Below are positions 25,709-36,059 of a DNA stretch of 64,000 nt, piece by piece. Under the pieces are notes generated by a model that saw only the letters and a list, made by a program, of their open reading frames with translations, did no database searches and was not told the DNA's origin. Each line of letters starts with the position of its first letter. Positions within the stretch are counted from its first letter, which is position 1. Where the stretch lies: positions 1 to 64,000 of IMG/VR virus record IMGVR_UViG_3300042894_002524; one strand, given 5' to 3'. A program made the translations under genes and the position numbers. The DNA is from a virus.

Positions 25709-26641
25709 TCACACCTCTTCAAACTCACGACCCAAGATTAGAGTTGCAATTTCACTTCTAACCTTTTCAGACAAATCAATAGCTGTCATCCCATTCCACT
25801 TCTCAGTTCCATAAGAGTACCACGCACCTCTGCGCTGAATGATATCCATCTCAACCGCAATATCAACAAGCTCCCGGTCAGTATCAATCTTGCCCTCTTG
25901 AGGGAGAACATAGTAATAACCTTGAGCGCCGATAGTAGGAATCTGCTTTGTCTTTTCAATTGTCCAGACAGCCCTTTGTGAAGTGATGGTGTGAGTATTA
26001 TCACGCTCCATCTCCTTCTGTGACATTGAAAGGAACAGTTTTACAACATTGTGCATGTTGTGGTGGACAGTATTGCCCATCTTTGCTTTTGTTACAGCAA
26101 ACATTCCGCTAAGGTCAACGGTCTGGTGAGCTACGAATAGCATAATGTTCCGTTCTTTGTGGAGGTAATTAACAAGCTTCTGGAGAAGGTAGCCCTGCGA
26201 ACGGGATTGAAGCCCCATTGCTTTACCACCTTCTGGCTTGTCATAAAACTCTTCTTTGATGATGTTTGATAGAGAGTCAAACAGGAAGATGTGTTTCTCA
26301 ACATCGTTATTCAAATAGCCGATGAGAGCCTTCATAATCTCTTCTACAATTGTTGATTGAATTACAACAACATCATCAATATTGATACCGCACTTGGCAG
26401 CATATTGATCATTGTAAGAATACTCCGAGTCAATAATGACTGGTCGGTATCCTCGTCTTTGAGCTTCCGCAAGAATCCGGAAACACATTGTTGTTTTACC
26501 AACTGATGGTGTTCCCCAGAACAAATGGGTTGCCCCTGAGTTAAGCCCTCCCCCAAGCGCACGATTCAAACCGATACTTGGTGTTGGAATAACCTCATGA
26601 ATAGGCATATGGTCGCCTTTTCTTTTATCTACTACTAGCAT
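25709..26641 (-). CDS. recA: RecA-like recombinase (short N-terminus)
   Basis: LNRALGGG...GTPSVGKTT (Walker A); IDSE; FDSL (Walker B); IQRRGAWYSY. Confidence 0.9.
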   Translation of the reverse strand: MLVVDKRKGDHMPIHEVIPTPSIGLNRALGGGLNSGATHLFWGTPSVGKTTMCFRILAEAQRRGYRPVIIDSEYSYNDQYAAKCGINIDDVVVIQSTIVEEIMKALIGYLNNDVEKHIFLFDSLSNIIKEEFYDKPEGGKAMGLQSRSQGYLLQKLVNYLHKERNIMLFVAHQTVDLSGMFAVTKAKMGNTVHHNMHNVVKLFLSMSQKEMERDNTHTITSQRAVWTIEKTKQIPTIGAQGYYYVLPQEGKIDTDRELVDIAVEMDIIQRRGAWYSYGTEKWNGMTAIDLSEKVRSEIATLILGREFEEV

Positions 26642-26667
26642 TTTTCTCCTTATTTAATTAAAAGTTT

Positions 26668-27720
26668 TTAGTTGAAAGTTTTTGTGCCAAGTCTTTTAAC
26701 CACAGACTTAAGAAATGCATCGCATCTCGTTTGCCAATTATACCTGTCATAAACAGATGGCGCTTGATTGAAATAATAATTTACTTCATCATCAAAATTA
26801 TCCACCACTCTTCTCATCAAATAAATTAAAGAATCAATTTCAGGAAGGACAACATCTCCACAGGTGTACCCAGTATTCTGAGTCTTGCCTAATTTAGCAT
26901 CTATAATATTTCTACCCAAGAGATCTTTATACGAGCACCATAAGCCTGTTGAAATAACTGGCATTCCGGTAGCAAGGGCTTGTAGGGGGATGAACCCAAA
27001 GCCTTCACCCTCGCTAGGGTAAATCAAAACATCATGATCATGGTAAAGCTTAATTAAATCTTCTTGAGATAGAGTTTCGTGAATATAAGTAATATTGTCA
27101 TGGCGAGGTACCAACATTGACGATATGCCAAACCCTTCTGTATTCTCATTACCGTGATACTTCAAGGTTAAAGAAACATCATGCCTGCCCTGAAACGCTT
27201 TAGAGAAGGCAGCCTGTGCCATATCAGCCCTCTTCCGAGGACTTGCTGAGTCAATGTGCAGGAACTTTATCTTTCTGTTTCCACCTCTTCTATGAGGCTT
27301 CCACATTTCATCAATTCCCATTTCAAAAACATATGTTGGAGTTGTAATTCCGGAATTAATAACAGCATCTTGTGCAAAATAATTGCCAACCCATATCTCA
27401 TCCACACAATTCATTGCATCAATCCAATGGTCCCATACTTTTGTAGCCTCCAAATGCGTTCCTTGTATCTTGTATTGATTGTCATGAAATTTTATAAAAT
27501 CAGGGCTACGCAAGTTCTGCATATTGTGATGGTTGTACCGTTCAGGCTCCATATAAAACAACTGAGCATTTGCTTCACTTGAATTATCAAGGATTGTCAT
27601 CTTTTCATTCCTATAAGTAAACTTAGAGAAATGTTCAATCATTTTGTAATAGCTATACGAATAACCGGACTTGCCGTTCGCATCCTTAACAAACTGGTCT
27701 GTGTGCAATGACAGCTTCAA
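26668..27720 (-). CDS. GT-B fold glycosyltransferase (family 4-like), paralog of 19552-20619
   Basis: EATK...DEIW...RKR...YPSEGEGFGFIPLQALATGMP; likely TTG start at 27720. Confidence 0.88.
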   Translation of the reverse strand: MKLSLHTDQFVKDANGKSGYSYSYYKMIEHFSKFTYRNEKMTILDNSSEANAQLFYMEPERYNHHNMQNLRSPDFIKFHDNQYKIQGTHLEATKVWDHWIDAMNCVDEIWVGNYFAQDAVINSGITTPTYVFEMGIDEMWKPHRRGGNRKIKFLHIDSASPRKRADMAQAAFSKAFQGRHDVSLTLKYHGNENTEGFGISSMLVPRHDNITYIHETLSQEDLIKLYHDHDVLIYPSEGEGFGFIPLQALATGMPVISTGLWCSYKDLLGRNIIDAKLGKTQNTGYTCGDVVLPEIDSLIYLMRRVVDNFDDEVNYYFNQAPSVYDRYNWQTRCDAFLKSVVKRLGTKTFN

Positions 27721-27721
27721 A

Positions 27722-28213
27722 TTATTTCCTTTCCAGAATAGCCAGTTTCCTTTTACCATGAGGAATGAAACCTTCTGTTTGCATATCACAAAATTCAAAA
27801 TTAATCATCGTTGTAACCCTCTTCTCTGTGGTATCCAGTATTTTATTGAATTGCAAAACGCTAGGCTCATGAGTAACTGAATGCTCAATAATTGCGACTT
27901 TTGATTGCTCAACAAGTGAAGAGAAACAATTCCACTCACCGTCATCTCCTTCGATTTCAAGACCTAGAGCCATCACTCCACACTCTGAGATATCAAAGAA
28001 TTCACCTTGCTTGTTACACCACTCTTTGACTGTGCCATGAAAAGATTCTGGCATTGAACCGAGAGGATCAATTTGTACAACTCTTTTTACATTAATCAAG
28101 CTTTGCTTGTACGCCCCTACATCGATAACAGTATCAACATCACCAAAATAGTATTCGCAAATATGATGACGAATCATGTACTCCTTGGAGATGAGGTATT
28201 CCCATCTATCCAT
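27722..28213 (-). CDS. Putative SAM-dependent methyltransferase-like protein
   Basis: VIDVGA...QIDP glycine-rich motif I; likely start MDRWE. Confidence 0.5.
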   Translation of the reverse strand: MDRWEYLISKEYMIRHHICEYYFGDVDTVIDVGAYKQSLINVKRVVQIDPLGSMPESFHGTVKEWCNKQGEFFDISECGVMALGLEIEGDDGEWNCFSSLVEQSKVAIIEHSVTHEPSVLQFNKILDTTEKRVTTMINFEFCDMQTEGFIPHGKRKLAILERK

Positions 28214-28812
28214 TAGCGACCAACCTTTGGCATAATGACAGCAGTTCCGCAACCGACAGGGAAGTTGAGCATGTCATGTCCATACTTCGTTGACCAATCC
28301 ACAGCAGCACGATAAGATCCGATGTCTGGATGATCATCATCAGAAGAATTCTTTGTGTCATGAACAGTAATAGCCCATACCTCATGTTTGTTCATCTTTG
28401 AACCATAATTCTCTAGGTCTTTATAAACCTGCTCATATGTGTGGTCTGCATCAACATGCAGGTAGTCAATTGAATCAAACAATTGATGGCAGTTATCTGT
28501 CTTATCAACAATAAGATTAATTTCTGGGTAACCAATAATCCCTTCAGCGGTGTATATTGGTAAACCCCAAGGTCCAATGTTTGCATCAATCAAGTTGACA
28601 TTATATTGACCAAGTAGACCTTCTTTAATTAAAGACTTTTGTGATTCAACAGCCAACTTTGGTACAAAACCAGCACCGGAACCCAAGCAAACAATGCTAC
28701 TCGCCCTCAAAGAATAAGGAAGTGCATAGTAAAAAATCCCCATTCCAGCATGATTCCCCACTGTGCCATGAGATTCAGACCACTTGGAATTCTTAATAAT
28801 ATCATCAAACAT
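28213..28812 (-). CDS. Class I SAM-dependent methyltransferase (Methyltransf_24-like)
   Basis: VCLGSGAGF...IDYLHVDADHTYE.V..D...ITVHD. Confidence 0.85.
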   Translation of the reverse strand: MFDDIIKNSKWSESHGTVGNHAGMGIFYYALPYSLRASSIVCLGSGAGFVPKLAVESQKSLIKEGLLGQYNVNLIDANIGPWGLPIYTAEGIIGYPEINLIVDKTDNCHQLFDSIDYLHVDADHTYEQVYKDLENYGSKMNKHEVWAITVHDTKNSSDDDHPDIGSYRAAVDWSTKYGHDMLNFPVGCGTAVIMPKVGR

Positions 28813-31800
28813 AGCTTTCCCTCTTTATTCCTTTTCTTTCGATATAATTCTCAATAGAGATAATACCACTGTCACTCTCAACCTTGTAAGAGTCAAGTCG
28901 TGTCAGTGTCTTTTGGTCTTCAATCTTTTCCAACCTCGCTGCAAACCATGTCTTGGTCTGAAGAATACCTTTAATCTTCTTTAGCGTGTTCGGGAACACC
29001 ACGACCTTGAAAATCTTCTCCCCATCCCAGCAGTAGAGGTTCGCCATTTCCTTCTCGGTGGATGTAATGAATTTGCGCATATGGAAGATATACATCAGCG
29101 TCTTTTCCTGCTCAGCAGTTCCAAGACCCGTCTTATGCAACCAGCCGTAATCGTGGTCATGTCCCTTTGCCCGTAGCATCATGAAGTTATACAAGCTTGA
29201 ATCGTAATACTCATATGCATCACAGAAGTCGTGCAATGTTCTATCCCCGATAAGAGCATAAATATAGTCCCGTGTGGCAAGTTCGGTATTACGCTCAGCA
29301 AACACCGTAGACGAGCCAGAATGGTCTTCAAACTCAATACGGAGGTACTGAGGCGTTTTCTTTGTAGAACGCACCACAGCCTTCACCAGCGTCAATGGAG
29401 AGGTGATTTCGTGGAAGTCTGCAAGCTTCCCGACAAACTCATCCATTTCATTCTGTTCACCATTAGTGTTAAGTGAGAAACCCAATACAGGAAGATAATA
29501 CTTCTCGTGATCGTAAGCCGAGACATGACCCAAAGATTTAAATGCCCCTACCTTCTCTAGATTTTCTCTTACAGTTACCTTCACCGCAGACTTTCTGCAT
29601 TTGTTAGTAAACTCCTCATACGAATCAAATGGTCGCTTTTCAAAAATCTCCTTGATAGCTGAGTTACCACATCCGGCAACATTAGACAATCCGAACTGAA
29701 TTGACTCCTCCTCGCCCTTGATGCTTACCGAAAAATATTCATCCGAGTGATTCACATCAGGTGCTAGTATCTTTACGCCCACCCTTTGCGCTTCCATCAA
29801 ATAAGCCGTAATCTTGTCACCTGCTGATTCATTAAATAGAAGTGACCAAATGAATTCAATTGGGTAATGAATCTTCAACCACATGGTCTGATAAGAAAGC
29901 ATGGAGTAAGCAACAGCGTGAGACTTGTTAAACATATACAAGGCTGCTAGTTCAAATTCCGCCCAGATTTTCTCAGCTGCTGCTTTCTTAATATATTTAT
30001 TGTTAACAAACTTTTCTTTGTACTCATCAAATCCAGCAGCATCTCTCTTCTTACCAATGATCTTACGAAGCTTGTCAGCCTCTGACCATGTGAAGTCAGC
30101 AAGGAGTACAGCCATTTGCATTAACTGTTCCTGAAAGATAACCGTTCCGTATGTTTCCTCAAGGATATCTTTAACAATAGGGTGTGGATACTTTGGAGCA
30201 TTTATCCCCTTCTTACAGTCAATATAAACCTGACCCTGCGATAACAAGGCTCCCGGTCTTACAAGTGCGTTAGATACAACAAGGTCATTGAAGTTATCAA
30301 TACCCATTCTTTCAATCAAGTTACGATAAGCAGCAGCATCTGTTTGGAAGATACCTACTGTATTTCCATCATTGAAGTTCTTAAATACTTCTGGGTCATC
30401 TAATTCTAATGAAAGCTGACTAACATCAATGCCCCGATTTTCTTTAATCTTTGCGATGCAATCTTTAATAACAGAAACGGTCTTTAGACCGAGAACATCG
30501 ATTTTAATCAGACCAACTGCCTCTGCATCTTCCATGTCAAAAGCAGTAACAATAGAACGACCTTCTCCACTTGTATCTTTCTTTGTCTCAACAGGGCAAA
30601 CATCGCTTAGAGGGATTGATGAAACAACCATGCCAGCAGCATGGATTCCTGAGTTACGAATACGACCCTCAAGTTTCTTTGCAAGCTTAATGATATCTGG
30701 GTACTTACTACAGAAGATCTTGCCTTTAGGTGATGTTTCAAGTTCCTGCAATGTTTCAAAGTATGGAGTGATGTTGTTAATCTCAGCAAATGGAACTTGA
30801 TAGACACGAGAGATATCTTTAATTACAGACTTAGGTTTGAATCCACCATATGTTGAAATAGCAGCAACATTGTCATGACCCCATCTATCACGGAGGTAGT
30901 TTCGTACTTCCCCTCTGCGCTTGTCCTCAAAGTCCAAGTCAATGTCCGGATAGTCATTTCGTTCTGGATTAATGAATCGTGAGAAGAGGAGTCCATATTT
31001 CAATGGGTCAACCTTTGAGATATCAAGAAGATAAGCAAGCACAGAACCACCAACAGAACCTCGCCCTGTACCACGACCAATATCGTTCTCATCAGCCCAC
31101 TTAACCAAATCCCATACAATCAAGAAATAATCAGAGAAGCCAAGTTGTTCAATGATTCCAAGTTCTTCATTAAGTCTTTCCTGATACTCAGCACCAAGCT
31201 TGTTTGTCTGAATTGCAAACTCAGCAATCTCTCTCAGATAGAAGTTTGAATCAAGAACCTTGGAATACTTTGGGAGAAGGTTTCTCTTAGTCGCAATTGT
31301 CGCTGTGCATTTATCAGCGACTTCCATTGTGTTCTCAAGGTATTCAATATTATCGTAACCAGCATCCTTGAACCATGACTGAACAACATCAGCTTTAGCA
31401 ATGTATGGATTGATGTGGTCAAACCGCAAGAAGCGTTCTGGGTACATAGCGTTCATCTTGTCAATGACACTTGCGTTCTCATCATGGATGACATGAAGAT
31501 TCTGCTGAGCAACACGAATATCACCCGCATTTAAACTTGGGTATTGAGAAACCATTAGGAGAACTTCTTCTGGTCCACGGTCATCGTGTGTAGGGAAGTG
31601 GCAATCAGCAGTTGCTACAACTTTTTTACCATAGGTACTAGCAAGATTGATAAGTGAGTCGTTTAGGTTCTTTGGATTCCAAGCCTGTACTTCGTAATAG
31701 AAGTCATCCTTGAAGATCTTGATAAACCGTTCAGATAATTCTTCTGCTCGTGAATAGTTGCCAGCCTCAATAGCTTTTGAAATTGGACCGCCCATGCAAC

Positions 31801-32206
31801 CGGACAATGCAATGATGTCATCATCAACCATGTCTTCAAGAAGATTGAAATCAATACGAGGCTTGTAGTAGAAGTTATCTGTCCAACCAGTTTGTGAGAT
31901 TCTAAAAAGCTTTTGAAGACCAGTGTTGTTCTTCGCAAGAAGAATCAAATGAAATCTCTCATACTTTGTCTGAGCATCTGTGTTGATAGACGGAACAAAA
32001 TAAGCTTCAACACCAAAGATTGGTTTTACGCTCTGCTTATTGCAAGCATCTTGAAACTTCAAGACACCGCCCATCGTGCCGTGGTCAGTAATTGCAGCAG
32101 CATATTGACCATTCGTGCTAGAGATTTTTGCAATCTCTGTGGGGGTTGACATTCCATCAAGGAGTGAGTACTCGGAATGACAGTGTAAGTGTACGAAATC
32201 AGTCAC
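28805..32206 (-). CDS. dnaE: DNA polymerase III alpha subunit (family C), intact PHP domain, no intein
   Basis: FVHLHCHSEYSLLDG; ITDHG; GRGSVGGS; PDIDLDF; HAAG; KIDVLGL; FNKSHA. Confidence 0.97.
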   Translation of the reverse strand: MTDFVHLHCHSEYSLLDGMSTPTEIAKISSTNGQYAAAITDHGTMGGVLKFQDACNKQSVKPIFGVEAYFVPSINTDAQTKYERFHLILLAKNNTGLQKLFRISQTGWTDNFYYKPRIDFNLLEDMVDDDIIALSGCMGGPISKAIEAGNYSRAEELSERFIKIFKDDFYYEVQAWNPKNLNDSLINLASTYGKKVVATADCHFPTHDDRGPEEVLLMVSQYPSLNAGDIRVAQQNLHVIHDENASVIDKMNAMYPERFLRFDHINPYIAKADVVQSWFKDAGYDNIEYLENTMEVADKCTATIATKRNLLPKYSKVLDSNFYLREIAEFAIQTNKLGAEYQERLNEELGIIEQLGFSDYFLIVWDLVKWADENDIGRGTGRGSVGGSVLAYLLDISKVDPLKYGLLFSRFINPERNDYPDIDLDFEDKRRGEVRNYLRDRWGHDNVAAISTYGGFKPKSVIKDISRVYQVPFAEINNITPYFETLQELETSPKGKIFCSKYPDIIKLAKKLEGRIRNSGIHAAGMVVSSIPLSDVCPVETKKDTSGEGRSIVTAFDMEDAEAVGLIKIDVLGLKTVSVIKDCIAKIKENRGIDVSQLSLELDDPEVFKNFNDGNTVGIFQTDAAAYRNLIERMGIDNFNDLVVSNALVRPGALLSQGQVYIDCKKGINAPKYPHPIVKDILEETYGTVIFQEQLMQMAVLLADFTWSEADKLRKIIGKKRDAAGFDEYKEKFVNNKYIKKAAAEKIWAEFELAALYMFNKSHAVAYSMLSYQTMWLKIHYPIEFIWSLLFNESAGDKITAYLMEAQRVGVKILAPDVNHSDEYFSVSIKGEEESIQFGLSNVAGCGNSAIKEIFEKRPFDSYEEFTNKCRKSAVKVTVRENLEKVGAFKSLGHVSAYDHEKYYLPVLGFSLNTNGEQNEMDEFVGKLADFHEITSPLTLVKAVVRSTKKTPQYLRIEFEDHSGSSTVFAERNTELATRDYIYALIGDRTLHDFCDAYEYYDSSLYNFMMLRAKGHDHDYGWLHKTGLGTAEQEKTLMYIFHMRKFITSTEKEMANLYCWDGEKIFKVVVFPNTLKKIKGILQTKTWFAARLEKIEDQKTLTRLDSYKVESDSGIISIENYIERKGIKRESYV

Positions 32207-32737
32207 TTAGTTCCAATCTATATCGTATAAGGTTTCTATGGTCGGTAAGGTTTCCCAGTATGGCTCATTGTACCACTGCTTTCTGAGAAAAGCGTTCACT
32301 CCGTTATCAATTAAAATTTGAACTTCGTTGGGATTATCCTCAACAACAAATTGTGGATTGATATCTTTGATTACTTTGTATTTTTCATGGATTCCTGTGA
32401 ACACAGGTTCAAGCGTTGCAATCCTCCATCCATCAAGCCAAGGAGATGTGTTCTTGATTGCAGCATCACATCTTCTTGCAGTAACAATATGGACATCGAT
32501 TCCATCACTAAACCACTTATTAACTTGATGCCAAGCATCTTCATACGGCTTTAAGTTCTTCCAGAACATAGGATCATTAAATAGCTTCATTGCTTCTTCA
32601 TCATCATGATCAGATGTTAACCAATGTGTATAGTCGTAACGCTCTTTTACACCAGTAAATGTAATATACTCATCAATTGACGAAGCAATATCAGCAATAA
32701 CACCATCAAGGTCAAGAACAATATTTTTGTTTTTCAT
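32207..32737 (-). CDS. HAD-family 5'(3')-deoxyribonucleotidase-like protein
   Basis: LDLDGVIAD...IVTAR...K...VEDNP...YN. Confidence 0.85.
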   Translation of the reverse strand: MKNKNIVLDLDGVIADIASSIDEYITFTGVKERYDYTHWLTSDHDDEEAMKLFNDPMFWKNLKPYEDAWHQVNKWFSDGIDVHIVTARRCDAAIKNTSPWLDGWRIATLEPVFTGIHEKYKVIKDINPQFVVEDNPNEVQILIDNGVNAFLRKQWYNEPYWETLPTIETLYDIDWN

Positions 32738-32754
32738 TTATGCCTTCATACGAA

Positions 32755-32783
32755 TAAAGCCCCGCTTTGTAGGCGGGGCTTTA
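32755..32783 (-). terminator. Intrinsic terminator after the SSB gene
   Basis: TAAAGCCCCGC/GCGGGGCTTTA stem. Confidence 0.8.
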
Positions 32784-32800
32784 CCGTAGCAGTTAATTAA

Positions 32801-33451
32801 TCACCAAGAATCTTTGGCAATTTCTCCAGTAGTAAAGAACTTCTCTTGCTTATCATAAGAGAGAGTGAGGTACATGCTATCAAGCTGATGCATCGGCAAT
32901 TCAGTAATTTCAGATGGCATCTCTCCTTGCGAAAGAGGAATCAAACTGTAGTTTGTATCTGATGCAGATGATCCTGTGCGTGAATACTTGTAGTAACGGT
33001 CAGTAATCGTTCCGAATTCCTTTGCATATTCAATAAGAATCATACCGATATGGCGCTGGTTGAATGTCGTATCTAGGACACGAGGCTCCCAAACTCCGGG
33101 TTCAATCTCAACAGCGATGTTGATAAGCAAATGGGGCTTTGGCTTCCAAGCCTTGTCATGGACAGCCTGTTCGGTTGCCCAACAACGATAGTTAAACTTC
33201 TCTAGTGAGGAAGTAGAAGCTGCTCGCCATTTCCAGTTAATAGGTGATGTTACAACAGGAACAGTGATTCCTGTACCAACCTCTTCATCAAAGAATGATG
33301 CATCTTCAGTAAGTTCCTGACGGAAACGAATCTTAAATGAATCTCCTGATGAAAGGCTGAAATACTTCTTGATTCCAGTTCCTTGTTTGTTTTGTGTAGG
33401 TGTGACGCTCTTTTCGAGGTCTTGAAGTGATTTAATACTTGCAAATGTCAT
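32801..33451 (-). CDS. Phage single-stranded DNA-binding protein (gp32-like, putative)
   Basis: YF.L..GDS.KIRF...ITDR.YK..R.G....T.Y.L; located between primase and polymerase. Confidence 0.7.
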   Translation of the reverse strand: MTFASIKSLQDLEKSVTPTQNKQGTGIKKYFSLSSGDSFKIRFRQELTEDASFFDEEVGTGITVPVVTSPINWKWRAASTSSLEKFNYRCWATEQAVHDKAWKPKPHLLINIAVEIEPGVWEPRVLDTTFNQRHIGMILIEYAKEFGTITDRYYKYSRTGSSASDTNYSLIPLSQGEMPSEITELPMHQLDSMYLTLSYDKQEKFFTTGEIAKDSW

Positions 33452-33466
33452 GTTGTTTTCCTTTTG

Positions 33467-34360
33467 TTATATGATTGAAATTTTGTTTTCAATACTGTGT
33501 GTGATTTGTTCTTTTTTCATTTCGCCGGGGTCTTTACAACCATCAGCTATCTTTGCCTCGGAAAGAACTTTGCCTCGGCAGAGGTTTATTATATCATTCT
33601 TCATGGCGATTCCTGCGTCATCGTTGTCGGAAAATATAATTAATTCGTCAAAATACCTTTTGAGCATTTTTATTTGATTTTTGCTAACTTGAGCACCGAG
33701 TGTTGACACAACATTAGGGTAGCCAGCTTGGTGAACCATCATTGCGTCAACACTGCCTTCTGTAATTATACAACTAGGGTGTTTCTTTGCATTCTGAATA
33801 TTGAATAACACATCAGCTCGCTTGAATCCTTTATTGTATAAGTATCTAGGCTCTTGTTCATCAGTCGTTGCTCTCCCAATAAAACCAACCAGCTTGTAGT
33901 TGGGGTCTCTTACTGGAATAACAATTCTCTCCTTAACTCTGGAGAAGCCAATCTCAAAATGGTCCATCGTGTCAAGGGATAAACCTCTATCAAGGAACTT
34001 AGACAGTAACATTGTTTCATCGTTGTTGTCATAATCAACAGCGACAGAATCAATATCAATCTCATTTGAGATAACCTTGCCCCGGAATCCTCTTTCAATT
34101 TCATTAGTCAGAGCAGCCGAGTCAAGAGTTATGCTCTTGCCGTATGGCTTGCCTGTTATCTGACGATAAAGCTGTCTAAAGTTTCCTCGCTTAGCGCAAG
34201 AGGGGTTGAAACACTGCCACAGCCCAGTTTTCCTGTTGATAAAGAAAGCTGGACTATGGAGGTTCTTGTGAAATGGACAGTAGATATTAAATTCATTACC
34301 ACTATCTGAGGCTACATCAATGTTGTAACTATCAAATAGCTTACGAATTTCATCTTCCAT
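33467..34360 (-). CDS. dnaG: DNA primase (CHC2 Zn finger + TOPRIM)
   Basis: CPFH...WQCF..SC; VGFIGR; ITEG.VD; FSDNDDAG; KDP; likely start MEDEI. Confidence 0.93.
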   Translation of the reverse strand: MEDEIRKLFDSYNIDVASDSGNEFNIYCPFHKNLHSPAFFINRKTGLWQCFNPSCAKRGNFRQLYRQITGKPYGKSITLDSAALTNEIERGFRGKVISNEIDIDSVAVDYDNNDETMLLSKFLDRGLSLDTMDHFEIGFSRVKERIVIPVRDPNYKLVGFIGRATTDEQEPRYLYNKGFKRADVLFNIQNAKKHPSCIITEGSVDAMMVHQAGYPNVVSTLGAQVSKNQIKMLKRYFDELIIFSDNDDAGIAMKNDIINLCRGKVLSEAKIADGCKDPGEMKKEQITHSIENKISII

Positions 34361-34361
34361 C

Positions 34362-34589
34362 TTACTTGTGAAAGAAGAGCTTGAACTTGAAAATGTCTGT
34401 CTTTGCATCATAATCTGTTACAAGATCACTCTTTCTAAAGTCTCCGTATTTCTTACGACATTCATCCTCAATCCAAGGTCTTAGCCTAATGATTGTCTCA
34501 ATGTCTTGAGCTTCCCCGTAGAGAACATTCTTTTTCTTATTCTTTACAGATCCCATTCTTCTGCCCACTTTCCTGTGTCTAAATTCCAA
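34362..34589 (-). CDS. Hypothetical protein
   Basis: Fills the gap between helicase and primase. Confidence 0.6.
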   Translation of the reverse strand: MEFRHRKVGRRMGSVKNKKKNVLYGEAQDIETIIRLRPWIEDECRKKYGDFRKSDLVTDYDAKTDIFKFKLFFHK

Positions 34590-35761
34590 CGAAGGAGAAA
34601 ACCAAAATGAGTTGACCGCCTTACCTTCCTTGATACCACTTGGAATAAGTCAGAGTTGTAATCACGATGGATTGCCAACACTAAGTCAGCATCATATGCC
34701 AACTGCTTACTCCAAGCGACTTCTTCTAATTCTGGTGGTCGCTCTGAGTGACCATCATTCATAGTTACTGCTGCCACATCAATGATTGGCACCCCGTTCT
34801 TAACAGCCATGCGTTTGAATGCCTTAGAAAGGTTCTTAGCCTTCTCTGTTTCATTCTTCGCACCGCTTGAGTCGTCAAATAGACCGTGATAGTCAAGGAT
34901 TACAATGTCCGGTTGATACTGGTCAATCTTTGCTTGCACCATGTTCTGGTCAGCTGTCTCCAGCCCCTCTGATGTAACAAGATGGATAGCATGCTTACCC
35001 GCAAAGGTTTCCTCTGCCCACTTCTCATAACCATCAACAACATTAGGGTTAGCACGAACCAAGTCTGTGTTAGTAAAGTGACCTTCACCATTGTTCAATA
35101 GTGTGTCAAGACGCTGACCCTCTTGTTGTTTATTCATTTCAAGAGAGATGATCAGTGGTCTGTAGCCAGCTTTCCAAGCGTTAACCGCAAACAATCTAGC
35201 GATGAATGACTTACCAACACCTGTCCAACCGAGAAGAACAATAAAGTCTCCGGGTTGCCAACCACCAAACGATTTATCAATTACACCAATACCACTAGGA
35301 ATACCTTGTAGTTCTCCAGCACCCTTGATTGACCGCTCCTTCAAGTCTTCGTATCTATCACGCCACTCGCCAGCAAGGTCTGTGTCTTTAAGATTACTTG
35401 CGTACTTGTAAAGCTTAGATGTGCTTTCCATTAAATACGAAAGTGATTCTTTCGGTCCAGAGTCATTAAGGATTGAATTAGCTTTGGAAACAATCACTCT
35501 TGTCTGATAAGACAGTGATTCCTTTTTAGCTTCCTCAAGATAATAGGATAATGGCTCTGGAGTAGCAAAGAATTCAAATTCTGGATGGTGCTGCTTTACA
35601 GTTTCTTTGGATGGTACTTTCTTGTGTTGGTCATAATGCGAAACAACAAAGTTCCATACATCACGATATTCAATAAACATATTCTCAACACCACCATTAA
35701 CCGCAGATGCGAAATCTTTTGTGTCAATAATGGAATTAAGAAGTCGAACTTCATAGTTCAT
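34544..35761 (-). CDS. dnaB: DnaB-like replicative helicase
   Basis: GIPSG...GGWQPG...GWTGVGKS; ISLEM; ILDY; DADLVL. Confidence 0.93.
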   Translation of the reverse strand: MNYEVRLLNSIIDTKDFASAVNGGVENMFIEYRDVWNFVVSHYDQHKKVPSKETVKQHHPEFEFFATPEPLSYYLEEAKKESLSYQTRVIVSKANSILNDSGPKESLSYLMESTSKLYKYASNLKDTDLAGEWRDRYEDLKERSIKGAGELQGIPSGIGVIDKSFGGWQPGDFIVLLGWTGVGKSFIARLFAVNAWKAGYRPLIISLEMNKQQEGQRLDTLLNNGEGHFTNTDLVRANPNVVDGYEKWAEETFAGKHAIHLVTSEGLETADQNMVQAKIDQYQPDIVILDYHGLFDDSSGAKNETEKAKNLSKAFKRMAVKNGVPIIDVAAVTMNDGHSERPPELEEVAWSKQLAYDADLVLAIHRDYNSDLFQVVSRKVRRSTHFGFLLRWNLDTGKWAEEWDL

Positions 35762-36059
35762 CAGATGCCAATCTGTCGTGGGTTTCTTTTACTAAGTTGC
35801 GGAAACGGTTTTTTGCTTCCTCTTCAAACTTTACCTTATCAAACACTGTGCGTGATTCAATGGCAAAGTCAAAGATTAAAAATGGACCGTGATTTTTTTT
35901 AATATAATAGTTAACGGCTTTTTCAAGTATTTCACTATCATAATGTTTTGCCAAGGCATCCGCAACGGATTCTTGCCTTGGAGAGTCTGGTATAAAAAGC
36001 TTATGCGATTTCTCGCATGATTCTTTGAAGATCTCTATCAGTTCTTTTCCAGTTAACAT
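35751..36059 (-). CDS. Hypothetical protein upstream of helicase
   Basis: 102 aa, overlapping neighbours. Confidence 0.65.
   Translation of the reverse strand: MLTGKELIEIFKESCEKSHKLFIPDSPRQESVADALAKHYDSEILEKAVNYYIKKNHGPFLIFDFAIESRTVFDKVKFEEEAKNRFRNLVKETHDRLASDEL

Noticed and set aside
24462-28812. TET/JBP-type DNA hypermodification pathway
   Set aside because: The oxygenase looks TIGR02466-like rather than TET/JBP, and no DNA cytosine methyltransferase or hydroxymethylase is in the window. It is kept only as an alternative hypothesis.
17124-35761. Inteins or introns in terL, recA, dnaE or dnaB
   Set aside because: Lengths are normal, motifs are contiguous, and there are no intein junction or LAGLIDADG signatures.
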